NCBI GenBank assembly: GCA_950097015.1
Contig: CATNEN010000037.1
Location: 1,488,001-1,552,000 of the forward strand
From: Macrostomum hystrix
Lineage: Eukaryota > Animalia > Platyhelminthes
Reading direction: 5' to 3'
DNA: 64,000 nucleotides
Under the pieces are notes generated by a model. The model was given only the letters and a program-made list of their open reading frames with translations, was not told the origin of the DNA and ran no database searches. This document shows, one piece after another, positions 23,158 through 35,440 of this stretch (position 1 is its first letter; each line of letters opens with the position of its first letter). A program made the position numbers and the translations under genes.

Positions 23158-26100
23158 TCACTTCTTTGAACCCGAGGGCTTTCGCTTCCGTCCGGCTGTA
23201 GTGGCGGACGCTGCCGCTGCAGCAGTTTTTTTCGTTGTCTTCCCAGCAGCCGTCCCCGAAGAATCCGCAGCCGAAGCCGCAGCCGAAGCCGCCGCCGCCG
23301 CCGGCGCAGGTGCGGGTCCGGGATAGAGAGCGCAGAATTTCGCCACATCAAATTTACGCTTGCAGCCGTTAAAGTTCATGTAGCGAATTTTGCCAAATAT
23401 GGCCCGCTCAAACCAGCCTTGGTCATGGATGCCGCAGATTGACCACATGCAGCCTGCGGAGATGCGACAGAGAAACGGAGTTGGGCGGTGACTGGTTGAT
23501 AATGGGGCGGTGACTGGTTGATAATGGGGCGGTGACTGGTTGATAATGGGACGGTGACTGGTTGATAATGGGACGGTGACTGGTTGATAATGGGACGGTG
23601 ACTGGTTGATAATGGGACGGTGACTGGTTGATAATGGGACGGTGACTGGTTGATAATGGGACGGTGACTGGTTGATAATGGGACGGTGACGGGTTGATAA
23701 TGGGACGGTGACTGGTTGATAATGGGCAGTGACTGGTTGATAATGGGGCGGTGACTGGTTGATAATGGGGCGGTGACTGGTTGATAATGGGCGGTGACTG
23801 GTTGATAATGATGCGGTGACTGGGTGATAATGATGCGGTGACTGGTTGATAGTGGGGCGGTGACGGGTTGAAAACGTTGATAACAGGTTCAGAACGGGCG
23901 ATGATAGGTTGACAACGGGTCGGTAAGGGGTTGATGACGGGTCGGTAACGGGTTGATTGATTAATAACGGAGAAGTGTCGAGTGGCGATGGAATGTTATC
24001 AGAGTTGTTAAAAAATGATTACTGCTCCAAACTAAATAGTTAACGAAGTGGTAGCGGAATCGCAACTGGTCGAGTAATGTTTTTGGCTACCGGTTCTAGG
24101 TGGACAGAAGATTATTCACACTCACCAACGTATCCATTGGGGTCTCTGCCGTCCAGATTATATTTGTCATTCAGATAGATGGCTATAGCCAGAGCCTCTG
24201 CCGGGGATGGCGTCCATTCTAGAATCTTCTTGGCCCAGTACATGCGCAGGAAGCCGTGCATCTTGGCCTCGCGAACCATCTGCAATTGGGACGCGTTCCA
24301 CAATGGATCGTGCGTGCGGCCCTCCTCTAGCTCCTGCCGGCTATATAGATAGGGTCGAGGATCGGCGGCGTGAGTCTGCAGCGTCTCCCGGGCCCAATTG
24401 TAGGCTCCATCCAGGGAATCGTAATTGGAATTGTGAAGACAGAAATTGTCGGCCAATTCTCGGCGCACTACAGACTCCTCGATGAAGGCGTCAACGGACG
24501 CTGGGTGACTTTTGCGATGCTGCATTTGGTGAGGCAAATAAAAGAGTAAATGATAGAATTTACTCGCATAGTAATAATAATAATAATAATTGATTACACC
24601 TGGCCCAATTGGGTCAGATGTGCAGCCGACAGCACAGCCGCAGCTAATGCGCGGCGCATCTGAAGGCTGCGTACGGCTGTTCAGTCCATGGACTGGGGGA
24701 CGCCACACCCACCTTCAATTATCCCAGCTAATGCTGGTACCCATTTAACAGCTGGGTGAACTGAAGCAATGCAGAGTTAAGTGTCTTGCTAAAGGACACA
24801 AATTGTTTCAGTGGAGTCGGGAATCGAACCTCCGACCTTCAAATCGTGAGTCCGACGCTCTAACCACTAGGCTACAACCTCTTCACTAGGCTACAACTCG
24901 TATAGCAAATTATAATAAATTAAGTATCATAACAGTAGAACTACTAAGTGGGATTTCCCCCCATGACAATTTTTCGCTGCACCCGAACAGAGCAACGCAA
25001 GCACACGAAACTCAAGAACAAGGGCCAACTTCTTGTTGCGCATCTTCTGAAACAAGAACCAAGTCGCCAGCTCTTCAGACCGTCGAGATATTCAATGGTT
25101 CTTGCCGAAGGTCAGATTTTTCCCATTAGCGCTAGTGTATTACATACACCCCTATACACGAATTTGCACTTCGCCTCAGTGCCGCCTTGCCAGGCCTTCA
25201 GACTTTATCAAAATGTCACCCGAATGTGCCTGCATCATCTCCGTCTCCGGTGGTCACCTACCTTTATCTTGATGGACTGCTGGACCTTCAAGAGCTACAA
25301 CAGGTGGAACTAGGCCACTATGGACATCATTACGCGAATTTCACTGATCAAGCCTAAATATTAGGCGCAGCTCAACCACAGGACACCCTCGCCTAGTCTG
25401 TCAACCAATCAGTCACCACCAAACGCTGTTAGCATTCAAACGCTGCCAAAAAACCCCTTGGTATTGGTAAAAACTGGCGGCAAAATGGATTGGTAGTCAT
25501 ACTTACTTTCTTGACCTCGAGAGCGCACCGCTGGGCGCTAATCTGGCCAAAGTGCAGCCAGGGCGATATGTTGCTTAGCGCCGCCACGTTGGGATCATTG
25601 CGACCGGTGGCAAATAGGGCCAGGCGTTTCTCAATGAATTCGGACAGTGTCCGGTTGGCCCCGGCCGGGCCTGGCTTCGCCCAGCTAACCGGCTTAACAT
25701 CCATGTTTACCTACAGGATTAGCTGATTCTATAGAAGTCTCTTTGGAATAAGATAGGCTAGAAAGGCGACTTAGAGTATCAGATAGGGGATGTAGCAAAG
25801 CAGAGATCAGAGTAAATTATAGGATAAGAGAATGCTGCGAAAAAAACTGAGAGAAAGGGAAAATAATCAACAAGACAAGATAAAAGAATGTAAGAAAAAG
25901 AGAAGACAGTGGAGAGGAGAAAGAAGATAAGGAGGAGGGAAGAAAGAAGGGAGGGAGAAGAAGAAGGGAAGGAAGGAAGGAGGGGAAGGAAGTAGGGGAA
26001 GGATGAAGGAGAAGGAAGGAGGCGAAGGAAGGAGAAGGAAGGAGGGGAGGGAAGGAAGTAGGAGAAGGAAGGAGGGGAAGGAAGGAGAATAAATGACGGG

Positions 26101-27901
26101 AAGGAAGGAGGGGAAGGAAGGAGGGAAAGGAAGAAGGAGAAGGAATGAGGGGAAGGAAGGAGAAGGAAGGAGGAGAAGGAATTAGGGGAAGGAAGGAGGG
26201 GAAGGAAGTAGGAGAAGGGGAGGTGAAGAAGTGAAGGAACGAGGCGAAGAAAGGGAGAAAGGGATAAAGAAAGAAGGACAGAAAGACGGTTGGAAAGGAG
26301 AGAAAAAATGGAATACTGAGGGTACAAACGGAGAAAAAAACTGGGAAGACAAGAAAAGAGATTTCAGAGAAGAGGAAAAGAAATAATACAATAATAAAAG
26401 TGCAAAATTAAGCAACAGAAATGGAGATAATAGATTTTTAATATCGCCCGGAGACGTGGCAAGTGAGAAAAGCAGGTAAACTGCAAGAGGCAAATTAAAA
26501 GCGCACCTCTAAGCTGTCCCTGGCAGCCTGCCAGTCAACAGGTTTGCTTAATTTGGCCGGCTCCATCTGATGCGGATGCGCAACAACCTTGGGAAACTCG
26601 GTGAGATATTCGCCCAGGTGGCGATGAATTTTAGGCCGAATAGTTCTGGCGGCGTATTCGAGTTTGTCCGAGGTTACCCAGACTGGCACAATGTTGTGCG
26701 CATCAACCTGAAACATTGGCACACCTGCTGGCAGCTTGGCGGCCACTGATTTCACCCAACTGAGCGGCACCCGGAGCGGGCTAAAATCGCACACTACTGC
26801 GGCAGCTGATAGGCGGCTAGCCAGGCTGGGCAGGCCGTCCACTGGTTGGCCGGTGAGTAGGCGAAAGTCGATGCCTAATTGGCGACACTCGTTCTCAACT
26901 TGGGCCAGGCCGTTTAGCATGAAATCAAACTGGCGAATGGTGGCGTCTAAGAATTTCGGCACTAGATTGAAGGCAACAGTCAGGGGCAGTCGGCTGTGCA
27001 GGGCCAGGCGTTGGGCAGTAGATCAGGGCCCAGTTGTCTGCAACAAATGTCATTCTAATTTCTGTTGGTATTCCATGGTTCGAATCTAGGGAGGGCGAAC
27101 CCCGATGAAAATTTGCGAAGTAACAACGACGAGGAATACAAACTTTTACCATATTTCAGACAACCAACTCAATGCAAGAGTTTTCGGGTTCTGAAATTTC
27201 TGTCTTTTGAACGGTCTCGCAAGAGCTTAGTTTAATAAATAATAATTAAGAATTTAAGAAATAATAAATAAGAAACAGCCAGCGAGGAGGCAATTCTGCC
27301 CGTTTCGCTGACTCCTGAACACACACGCATACAGATACTGTACGCAGGTACACACTCATATAGATGTGTACATCTGCCCTAACTTTCTTATCATCAGGCA
27401 GTGTACTCTCTCACTGTGCCTTGGAGGTTGGCCCTCAAGGTCTTAAATTGCACGACAAGCCCCCAAGCCTTCTCTCCGAGGCTGCGCCCAGAATGAATGT
27501 GGCCTCGCCGCGGAATCGAGCTCAGGAACCTCGGTGCGAGAGGCAAACGGGTTAACCGGTTAACCGCTTAGGCCCCACCGAATTTGCACACCGTCTGTAC
27601 ACCGTACATCCGTCTAGTACACCTCACTGAGCTCACCCTGGACGCGCTGATCTCGCGACATCCAATAGATGACCACTCTACCGGTGGGAAGCAGCTCCTT
27701 GATCTTGTCTGTTAGTAAGCGAACTCGCTTCTCGGCGAAACGAAATTGGCCGACAGACTCCTGCGAATAGTTAAACTCAATGAGCGGCTGGACGGCGGAG
27801 CCCGAAGCGGACGCGAATGTCGATGGCCCGGCTCTGGCGTTGGTGTTGGTGCCGGCAATCCAGACGTCCAGAACGCGCTGCTTCTTGCTTGGCGGCTCCA
27901 G
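23158..27901 (-). CDS. phr: Class II CPD photolyase; exons ~27637-27901, 26507-27037 (+1 frameshift at 27017), 25507-25710, 24126-24519, 23158-23453
   Basis: Class II motifs '[17 protein letters not shown]', '[25 protein letters not shown]', '[17 protein letters not shown]', '[14 protein letters not shown]', '[17 protein letters not shown]', '[34 protein letters not shown]'. Junction phases are consistent. No ATG at the N-terminus. Confidence 0.92.
23482..23870. repeat. 22-bp minisatellite in the last photolyase intron
   Basis: (gggacggtgactggttgataat)n. Confidence 0.95.
24571..24879 (-). mobile_element. CORE-SINE family A, full copy in a photolyase intron
   Basis: Near-identical to 36634-36950: tRNA-Val-like head, CORE 'gtgtcctttagcaagacacttaactctgcattgcttcagttcacccagctgttaaatgggtacc', (TAT)n tail. 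Confidence 0.88.
25880..26290. repeat. Purine-rich degenerate (GGAA/GGAG)n low-complexity tract in a photolyase intron
   Basis: Almost pure G/A on the + strand. Confidence 0.85.
27273..27580 (-). mobile_element. tRNA-headed SINE family B
   Basis: Reverse complement matches 31635-31905 (B-box-like 'gagctcgattccgcg', body 'ggggcttgtcgtgcaattt', 3' end 'gggcagaattgcctcctcgctggctg'). Confidence 0.8.
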
Positions 27902-28016
27902 TTTTAACAATTAACGGACTGCAAATGGCGAAACAGATTACTACTATTTGCTACTACTGTTAGTAGGGTAAAGTAGAGTAAATTATTTATGGTTAAAGAG
28001 GTAAGGTGAGGTAACC

Positions 28017-28146
28017 ATTAGCTGGGGTAATTAAGGGCGGGTGTGGCGTGGACTGAACAGCCGAACGCAGCCTTCAGATGCGCCGCGCAATAGCTGCGGC
28101 AGTGCTGTCGGCTGCACATCTAGGCTAATTGGGGCAGGTGTAATTA
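28017..28146 (+). mobile_element. CORE-SINE family A, 3' fragment
   Basis: 'ggactgaacagccgaacgcagccttcagatgcgccgcgcaatagctgcggcagtgctgtcggctgcacatc' matches the family A 3' part. Confidence 0.8.
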
Positions 28147-28877
28147 TCCATGTGAAATAAATAATACAAAGCTTTAAATAACATAATGCACAGAAGTCGC
28201 ACAGACACACTCCATTCATAATAATATAATTACTATAAGTTAGGCCTCGAACCGGGGTACTCTGAAAAAGTACAAAATCTTCACCTACTATTTAATTTTA
28301 ATAAAAGCATGGCGTGGAAAATTCAAAGGAGAAGCCAAAGTGCAAATCGGACGACGAAGTATGGGGTCGCTGGTTCTAGTAAGCATTGCAGAATGCACGG
28401 AGAACAGTATCGATTTGTGAGTACAAATTCAAAGCTATATAAGCAAATCAAAGCAACATGTGAAATGCCCGCGACAAAAATAACAATTGCAATTCATTGA
28501 AGGCAATTGCATGTCTGTTTTCTTTACTGTCTGAACGGAACTGACACAGAACTAGGCTAATGTTGAACAGGCTAAATTCAACAGATTCTATTCGATTTTC
28601 GCTAAAAATTAATATACTGGGAAGTTATTTAGAATTTAGAATTATTTTATACATAGCTATAAATTAAATATTTGAATCTAATATTAGATTAGGGAAAGAG
28701 AAAAGGAAATCCTCTTAACTATCAAAGCGTGTAAGTTAACTCCATTAAAATAGACAAAAAATTCTCTAAAGTCATGAGAAAATAAGTAGCAGAGAGATGA
28801 ACGAAGAGAATATAATTATTTGGATACACTCATTGTATTGCTCGGAGACACACTTTTCAGACAAGAATGGCTAATCA

Positions 28878-29950
28878 ATCATGTGATCTTGGAGCATGGC
28901 TACTCAATCTTGGGATCTTGGAGCATGGCTACTTTATCTTGGGATCTTACGGGAATGGCTACTTTATCTTGGGATCTTACGGGAATGGCTACTCAATCTT
29001 GGGATCTTACGGGAATGGCTACTCAATCTTGGGATCTTACGGGAATGGCTACTCAATCTTGGGATCTTACGGGAATGGCTACTCAATCTTGGGATCTTAC
29101 GGGAATGGCTACTCAATCTTGGGATCTTACGGGAATGGCTACTCAATCTTGGGATCTTACGGGAATGGCTACTCAATCTTGGGATCTTACGGGAATGGCT
29201 ACTCAATCTTGGGATCTTACGGGAATGGCTACTCAATATTGGGATCTTACGGGAATGGCTACTCAATCTTGGGATCTTACGGGAATGGCTACTCAATCTT
29301 GGGATCTTACGGGAATGGCTACTCAATATTGGGATCTTACGGGAATGGCTACTCAATATTGGGATCTTACCGGAATGGCTACTCAATCTTGGGATCTTAC
29401 GGGAATGGCTACTCAATCTTGGGATCTTACGGGAATGGCTACTCAATCTTGGGATCTTACGGGAATGGCTACTCAATCTTGGGATCTTACGGGAATGGCT
29501 ACTCAATCTTGGGATCTTACGGGAATGGCTACTCAATCTTGGGATCTTACGGGAATGGCTACTCAATCTTGGGATCTTACGGGAATGGCTACTCAATCTT
29601 GGGATCTTGGAGCATGGCTACTCAATCTTGGGATCTTACGGGAATGGCTACTTAATCTTGGGATCTTGGAGCATGGCTACTCAATCTTGGGATCTTACGT
29701 GAATGGCTACTCAATCTTGGGATCTTGGAGCATGGCTACTCCGTCTTGGGATCTTACGGGAATGGCTACTTAATCTTGGGATCTTGGAGCATGGCAACTC
29801 CGTCTTGGGATCTTACGGGAATGGCTACTCAATCTTGGGATCTTGGAGCATGGCTACTCCGTCTTGGGATCTTACGGGAATGGCTACTCTATCTTGGGAT
29901 CTTACGGGAATGGCTACTCTATCTTGGGATCTTCGAGCATGGCTACTCAA
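28878..29950. repeat. 30-bp minisatellite between photolyase and CNOT10
   Basis: (gggatcttacgggaatggctactcaatctt)n, very homogeneous in the centre and divergent at the edges. Confidence 0.95.
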
Positions 29951-30264
29951 TCTGTGAATAGTGGAGAAAGGAGTTGGCACTTTGCTATGATAAGTATTGA
30001 AATTATTGGTTTGGCTTAAGCCCTGCTGTCCACGAAACCGCGTTTTTTTAAAAATCATCTATGTAGTCCAGTGTTTAGCACTTTGAATAACTTAAATTAA
30101 AAATAAGAATACCATTTAGAAAATTAAATATTCTAAAATTAAATTAACCCAAAAGAGACAACAAAACAATGCTTAATAGAGAGACAGAGCAGCTGAAATT
30201 GTTCTATCAGAAATCGCAACACTGATTGATAGAAGACAGTCTACTATGATATAAAATTAATTAA

Positions 30265-33200
30265 TCAGGGCTGGGAAATGACTCCCGGTAGCGGTGGCTG
30301 CTGCTGCTGCTGCTGCTGACCAGCGGACGCATCGGGCGGCGCCGAAGCCGCAGCCGGCTTGGACCGCCAATTGGGCGGATTCGGTGTCAAATGACCGAAA
30401 GTCTCTTTTAGCAGCAATTGGGCAAAGCTGCGCCTGCCCTGCATCAGGTCCAGGTAGAGCTTGAAGAAGTAGAAATGAGCCGGGAATGGCGGCGACATGC
30501 CCTGACCCTTCGGATTGTACACAACGTCCTGCAGGGACTGCCTAGCCTGATCGTATTCACCGTTGATAGCGTACACAACCGATAGATTGTACTTCATAAT
30601 ATTCTGTGCCTCCAGAACATTGTCAGGAGTCCACTGGCTAACAGCGGAGGTTGAGGGAGATTCTTTGCACCTGGGCCAATCCTCCGGTCTAGGCGGCTGG
30701 GCGGGCTGGATGTCCACCCGAGTCACGGAGGCCGGGTTCAACAGCTGAACAGCGTCCTTCAGATAGTCCTTTGAGATGTGCTCGGGTACCTGGTGGACAG
30801 GGTTGCAGTGAAGGCCATTGTGATTTAGCTCATATTCTATAGTAAAATTTCGGGTTAGAGCAGGTTTGATAAAGCTCACAGAAATGTCTACTGACTAAGA
30901 TAAGTGACTAGTTACTAAGTAAAAGTACCTGGAGGTTGACCTTTGCCTCGGCCAGGTACATGCGACCCAGGTAGTACTGGCAGTCGGACAAAGCTGGCTG
31001 TTTGAGCAGCTGATCGCAGTATCTCAAAGCCTGCAGATGATCGCAGAGGCACAATGCAATGTAAGCAGCCGAGGTGAGCACGGAGGCTCGGAACTGAATC
31101 AGTTGAATGCCGCGCAGAAATCCGGCAGGACTTAGCGGCACTCGTATTGTCTCGGCCCAGAGCATCACGTGACTGTGATAATCGGTCTCGCCGGCTGGCA
31201 TCGGCGGCTCCTGCGGCAGTAGCAGCAGGGCGTTGCGAACGCACAGCGAAGCAAACTCCAGCGTAGGCGTTGGCATTGCGGCAGACTCTTCCCATGGCTT
31301 TTTGATCTCTTGAACCCCGGTGCCTAGAAGCAGCTTCCTGTGCCGGCCGGTGCCAACAACGCCTTTAACAGCGCGTTGTCGGATCCGAAACTCCCTATCG
31401 GCGCTGTTGCTGGGGCGCTGGTATTTGATGCAGCACTCGGCCAGGCGTAGCCAGAGACGCGGATTGCGCGGATAGACGTTGATCACCTCTAGTAAATAAT
31501 CGAACGCCTGCACTGGTTTGCCGCTGTGGAAAGAAAATTTGCTGGCTAGAGACTGTTAGCTGTTATTATTATCTATTGTTGTCAAATGGAATCTTAAAGA
31601 TTCAGATTAGGAGACGATAATGATTTGATTTAAAGTGGGTCGGTGGCAGGGCGGTCTAACGCGTTCGCACCCAGGTCCCTGAGCTCGATTCCGCGCCGAG
31701 GCCACATTCATTTGGGGCGCAGCCGCGGAGAGAAGGCTTGGGGGCTTGTCGTGCAATTTACCCCATTGAGGGCCAACCTCCAAGTCATAGTGAGAGTGTT
31801 CACTGCCTGACGATGAGAAAGTCAGGGCAGAGGTACACAACTGTGTGAGCGTGTAGTTCTTTGCTCAGGAGTAAGCAAATGGGCAGAATTGCCTCCTCGC
31901 TGGCTGAAGGTCTATTCTGTCACCAAATGATGTGCCATTGCCCGTGCAGTGAATAAGTGACTGATGGGTCTGGTAGACTAGAAGGGAGAGGAGCTGGTAG
32001 TGTTGCAGGGTCTGGTAGGCTAGAAGGGAGAGGAGCTGGGAGTGTTGGAGGGTCTGGTAGGCTAGAAGGGAGAGGAGCTGGGAGTGTTGGAGGGTCTGGT
32101 AGGCTAGAAGGGAGAGGAGCTGGGAGTGTTGGAGGGTCTGGTAGGCTAGAAGGGAGAGAAGCTGATAGTGTTGCAGGGTCTGGTAGGCTAGAAGGGAGAG
32201 AAGCTGATAGTGTTGCAGGGTCTGGTAGGCTAGAAGGGAGAGGAGCTGGGAGTGTTGCAGGGTCTGGTAGAAGACATTCATAAGAAACACCGGGATGCCG
32301 AACCTGAACAGCAGCTCGAGTCCCAGATTGTGCAGCAGTTCATAATGCCGACTTATTGAATAGGCTCGCAGCGGTATTTGGTGATGCAATACGTGACTAC
32401 CCTTGCCGTTGGCCTTCTTAGCCTGGTACTCCGAGCAGGCCTTTTCATTCTCCTTAATCGCCCGTTTCAAATAGAACGCGCCCAAATTGTGCTTGCCCAG
32501 TTGGAAGTGGATGCAGGCCAGGTTGTTCCACTGCATGACAGCTTCGCATTCGCCAGTATCCGTGGGACTGCGCGGCGCCCCGGGTATGTCGTGCATTAAA
32601 CGCAGAGCCTTGCGCAGATTGCCAGCTAGATAAGCCAGGTGTGCCCGGTGGAATTGCAGGGTGTGGGCATAGTCGGTGGATGTCAGCTGGCGAGCTGCCC
32701 GAATCTGCAGCTTAGCAGAGCCAAGATCTCTGCGCATTAGCAGGGCCGATATGCGCATCAGGCTGAGCTCGGCTTTGATTCGCTCGCCGCCGACTCCGCC
32801 GTCGGCATCTTCGTCAGTCGGACAGGCCGCCACATTCTTTTCGCAGTCGTCTAGAATTGCTAGTGCCTCGTCTGGGCACTGCAGCTTGAGCTGACTGTCC
32901 AGAAGCAGCAGAACTAGGGCCGTGTAAAATGCCGGTTCTAGTAGCTCAGAGAGCGGGAGCATCGCCTGAAATTTTAGCAGTTTGATGTCTTCTACTGTTT
33001 CTTGTGAAATCGTATAAGCTGGACTGTATCTTAATCTATAAAGGAGTCCCAGAGGCTGTGATCAAGGGGACTCGGGTAGACTCTCAGAGAGGCTGTGATC
33101 AAGGGGAGTCTGGTAGACTCTCAGAGAGGCTGTGATCAAGGGGAGTCTGGTAGACTCTCAGAGAGGCTGTGATCAAGGGGACTCGGGTAGACTCTCAGAG

Positions 33201-35046
33201 AGGCTGTGATCAAGGGGAGTCTGGTAGACTCTCAGAGAGGCTGTGATCAAGGGGAGTCTGGTAGACTCTCAGAGAGGCTGTGATCAAGGGGAGTCTGGTA
33301 GACTCTCAGAGAGGCTGTGATCAAGGGGACTCGGGTAGACTCTCAGAGAGGCTGTGATCAAGGGGAGTCTGGTAGACTGTTAGAGTAGCTGTGTGATTAT
33401 GGGGAGTCTGGTAGACTGTTAGAGTAGCTGTGTGATTATGGGGAGTCTGGTAGACTGTTAGAGTAGCTGTGTGATTATGGGGAGTCTGGTAGACTGTTAG
33501 AGTAGCTGTGTGATTATGGGGAGTCTGGTAGACTCTCAGAGTAGCTGTGTGATTATGGGGAGTCTGGTATACTCTCAGAGTAGCTGTGTGATTATGGGGA
33601 GTCTGGTAGACTGTCAGAGTAGCTGTGTGATTATGGGGAGTCTGGTATACTCTCAGAGTAGCTGTGTGATTATGGGGAGTCTGGTAGACTCTCAGAGTAG
33701 CTGTGTGATTATGGGGAGTCTGGTATACTCTCAGAGTAGCTGTGTGATTATGGGGAGTCTGGTAGACTGTCAGAGTAGCTGTGTGATTATGGGGAGTCTG
33801 GTATACTCTCAGAGTAGCTGTGTGCTTATGGGGAGTCTGGTAGACTCTCAGAGTAGCTGTGTGATTATGGGGAGTCTGGTAGACTCTCAGAGAGGCTGTT
33901 ATTATCGGGAGTCTGGTAGACTCTCAAAGGGGCTGTGATTATCGGGAGTCTGGTAGACTCTCAGAGAGGCTGTGATTATCGGGAGTCTGGTAGACTCTCA
34001 AAGGGGCTGTGATTATCGGGAGTCTGGTAGACTCTCAAAGGGGCTGTGATTATCGAGAGTCTGGTAGACTCTCAGAGAGGCTGTGATTATCGGGAGTCTG
34101 GTAGACTCTCGGAGAGGCTGTGATTATCGGGAGTCTGGTAGACTCTCAAAGGGGCTACAATTCTACAATAATGAATTCAATGAGACGCATTACCTGCAGT
34201 ATCCGCCTAGCTTCCAACTGCTGCCTCTGATAGAAGTGCAGCAGAGCCAGATTATAAAACAATACAGCACAGTCCGGCTCTTCAACCTGATCGCACAAGT
34301 CAAACGAGAATTTGGCGCTAGAAGCGATGTTAAGCAGGGTCTGACGAAATTCGTCCGTACGAAAGTAGGCCGAGCGAACGTAGTCGGCCACCGCCCGGTT
34401 CTGCTGAGCTGCCCAGTCCGTTGGATGGGCGGTGCACAGCTGCTTGACCTGCGTTGTGGTGAGTGCGGCATTCGAGTTTGTAATACTTTTAAGGGCAAAA
34501 ACGACTACTGCAACTAGACTGATTTATAGAGGATTTCTGTGTACTTTATAATCGGAATATAACTAATTTATAAAATAATCGATAGGAAATCCCAGAGTCA
34601 ATCCCAACTCAATCTCAAATCGATTGGGAATCCCAGAGTCAATCCCAAATCAATCTCCAATCGATAGGAAATCCCTGAGTCAATGCCTAATTGATAAGAA
34701 ATCCGAAAGTCAATCCCCACTTGATAGGAAATCCCAGAGTGAATCCCTAAACCGATCCCCACACAGCCTAACCCTGAACAAAAGTACAAAACGAAGTACT
34801 CACCAGCTGCAGGCAATCCTCCATGTTGCCCTGTTGAAAGTGTTCAGCGGCCCGCTGAGCCATCTGGCGCTCCTCAGTCGTGTACTGCTCCAACGGTGCG
34901 GCAGTAGCCGCCGCCGACGCCGCGGCGGAATTCATCTCGCCGACGCCACCCTCGTCGCCTAGGCCACCGCCGCCAGAAGACGAAGAGGAAGCCTGGGACA
35001 ACGCGGCCGCCGCGGCTTTATCAAAGTCTGACACGTTTTGAGTCAT
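30265..35046 (-). CDS. CNOT10: CCR4-NOT subunit 10; exons 34804-35046, 34194-34448, 32304-32965, 30929-31523, 30265-30768 (or 30789)
   Basis: TPR-like segments colinear with CNOT10: 'EHFQQGNMEDCLQ', 'NRAVADY...DEFRQTL', 'VLFYNLALLHF', 'WNNLACIHFQLGKHNLGAFYLKRAI', '[46 protein letters not shown]', 'MKYNLSVVYAINGEYDQARQSL'. Exon phases are consistent. Confidence 0.92.
31635..31905 (+). mobile_element. tRNA-headed SINE family B in a CNOT10 intron
   Basis: A-box-like 'ggtggcagggcggtc', B-box-like 'gctcgattcc'; three copies in the window. Confidence 0.8.
31965..32270. repeat. 42-bp minisatellite in CNOT10 intron 3
   Basis: (gggtctggtaggctagaagggagaggagctgggagtgttgga)n. Confidence 0.92.
33050..34157. 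repeat. 37/39/37-bp compound minisatellite in CNOT10 intron 2
   Basis: Three successive blocks built on the core 'gagtctggtagactctcagag'. Confidence 0.92.
34570..34760. repeat. Degenerate ~40-bp repeat in CNOT10 intron 1
   Basis: Recurrent 'gataggaaatcccagagtcaatccc'. Confidence 0.7.
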
Positions 35047-35440
35047 GCTGAACTTTTATGAAGTGAAAGGCTGGAATATTTATTTAATAAGTATTATATA
35101 TTGTGCAGCTAAAGCAGGGAAGTTATCACAGGGCTTCACAAAATAAGCAAAGCAGCAGCAGCCTAGCGGGAACTTTTCTTCATTATTTTCATTGCTAAGC
35201 AGAAATTCTAAATGATGCCATTTTGTCACGTTTCTGGTTGAGATTCATGCTTAGACAGATTTTCATAACCGATTTTACTCAATATTAACACGGAATTAAC
35301 AGTCATAATATATTTGAAATATCTGAAGCCAATGAGAACGCAAAGAAATGCATTTATAATTGACAGTAAATGAGTTGTAAATGCAAGCAAATGCAAACTG
35401 ATTTGAATTACTCGTACAACTAGCTACTAGCATGCTCAAT

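Noticed and set aside
24960-25140. Possible BEL/Pao LTR-retrotransposon fragment ('[10 protein letters not shown]...RSWPL') on the minus strand
   Set aside because: It needs several frame changes and the match is too short to support by eye; a tBLASTn or DUF5641 HMM search would decide.
15705-29950. 23-31-bp repeat arrays as possible CRISPR arrays
   Set aside because: Units are head-to-tail with no unique spacers, there are no cas genes, and the context is eukaryotic.
2519-33938. Long repetitive ORFs (SADNYIPAPYL, SHLSRVPSLPCPISPV, MAILNIE, MATQSWDLTG, GSLVDSQSSCVI, GSGRLEGRGAGSV)
   Set aside because: They are translations of minisatellites, open in several frames at once, and mostly lie inside introns of genes with complete exon chains.
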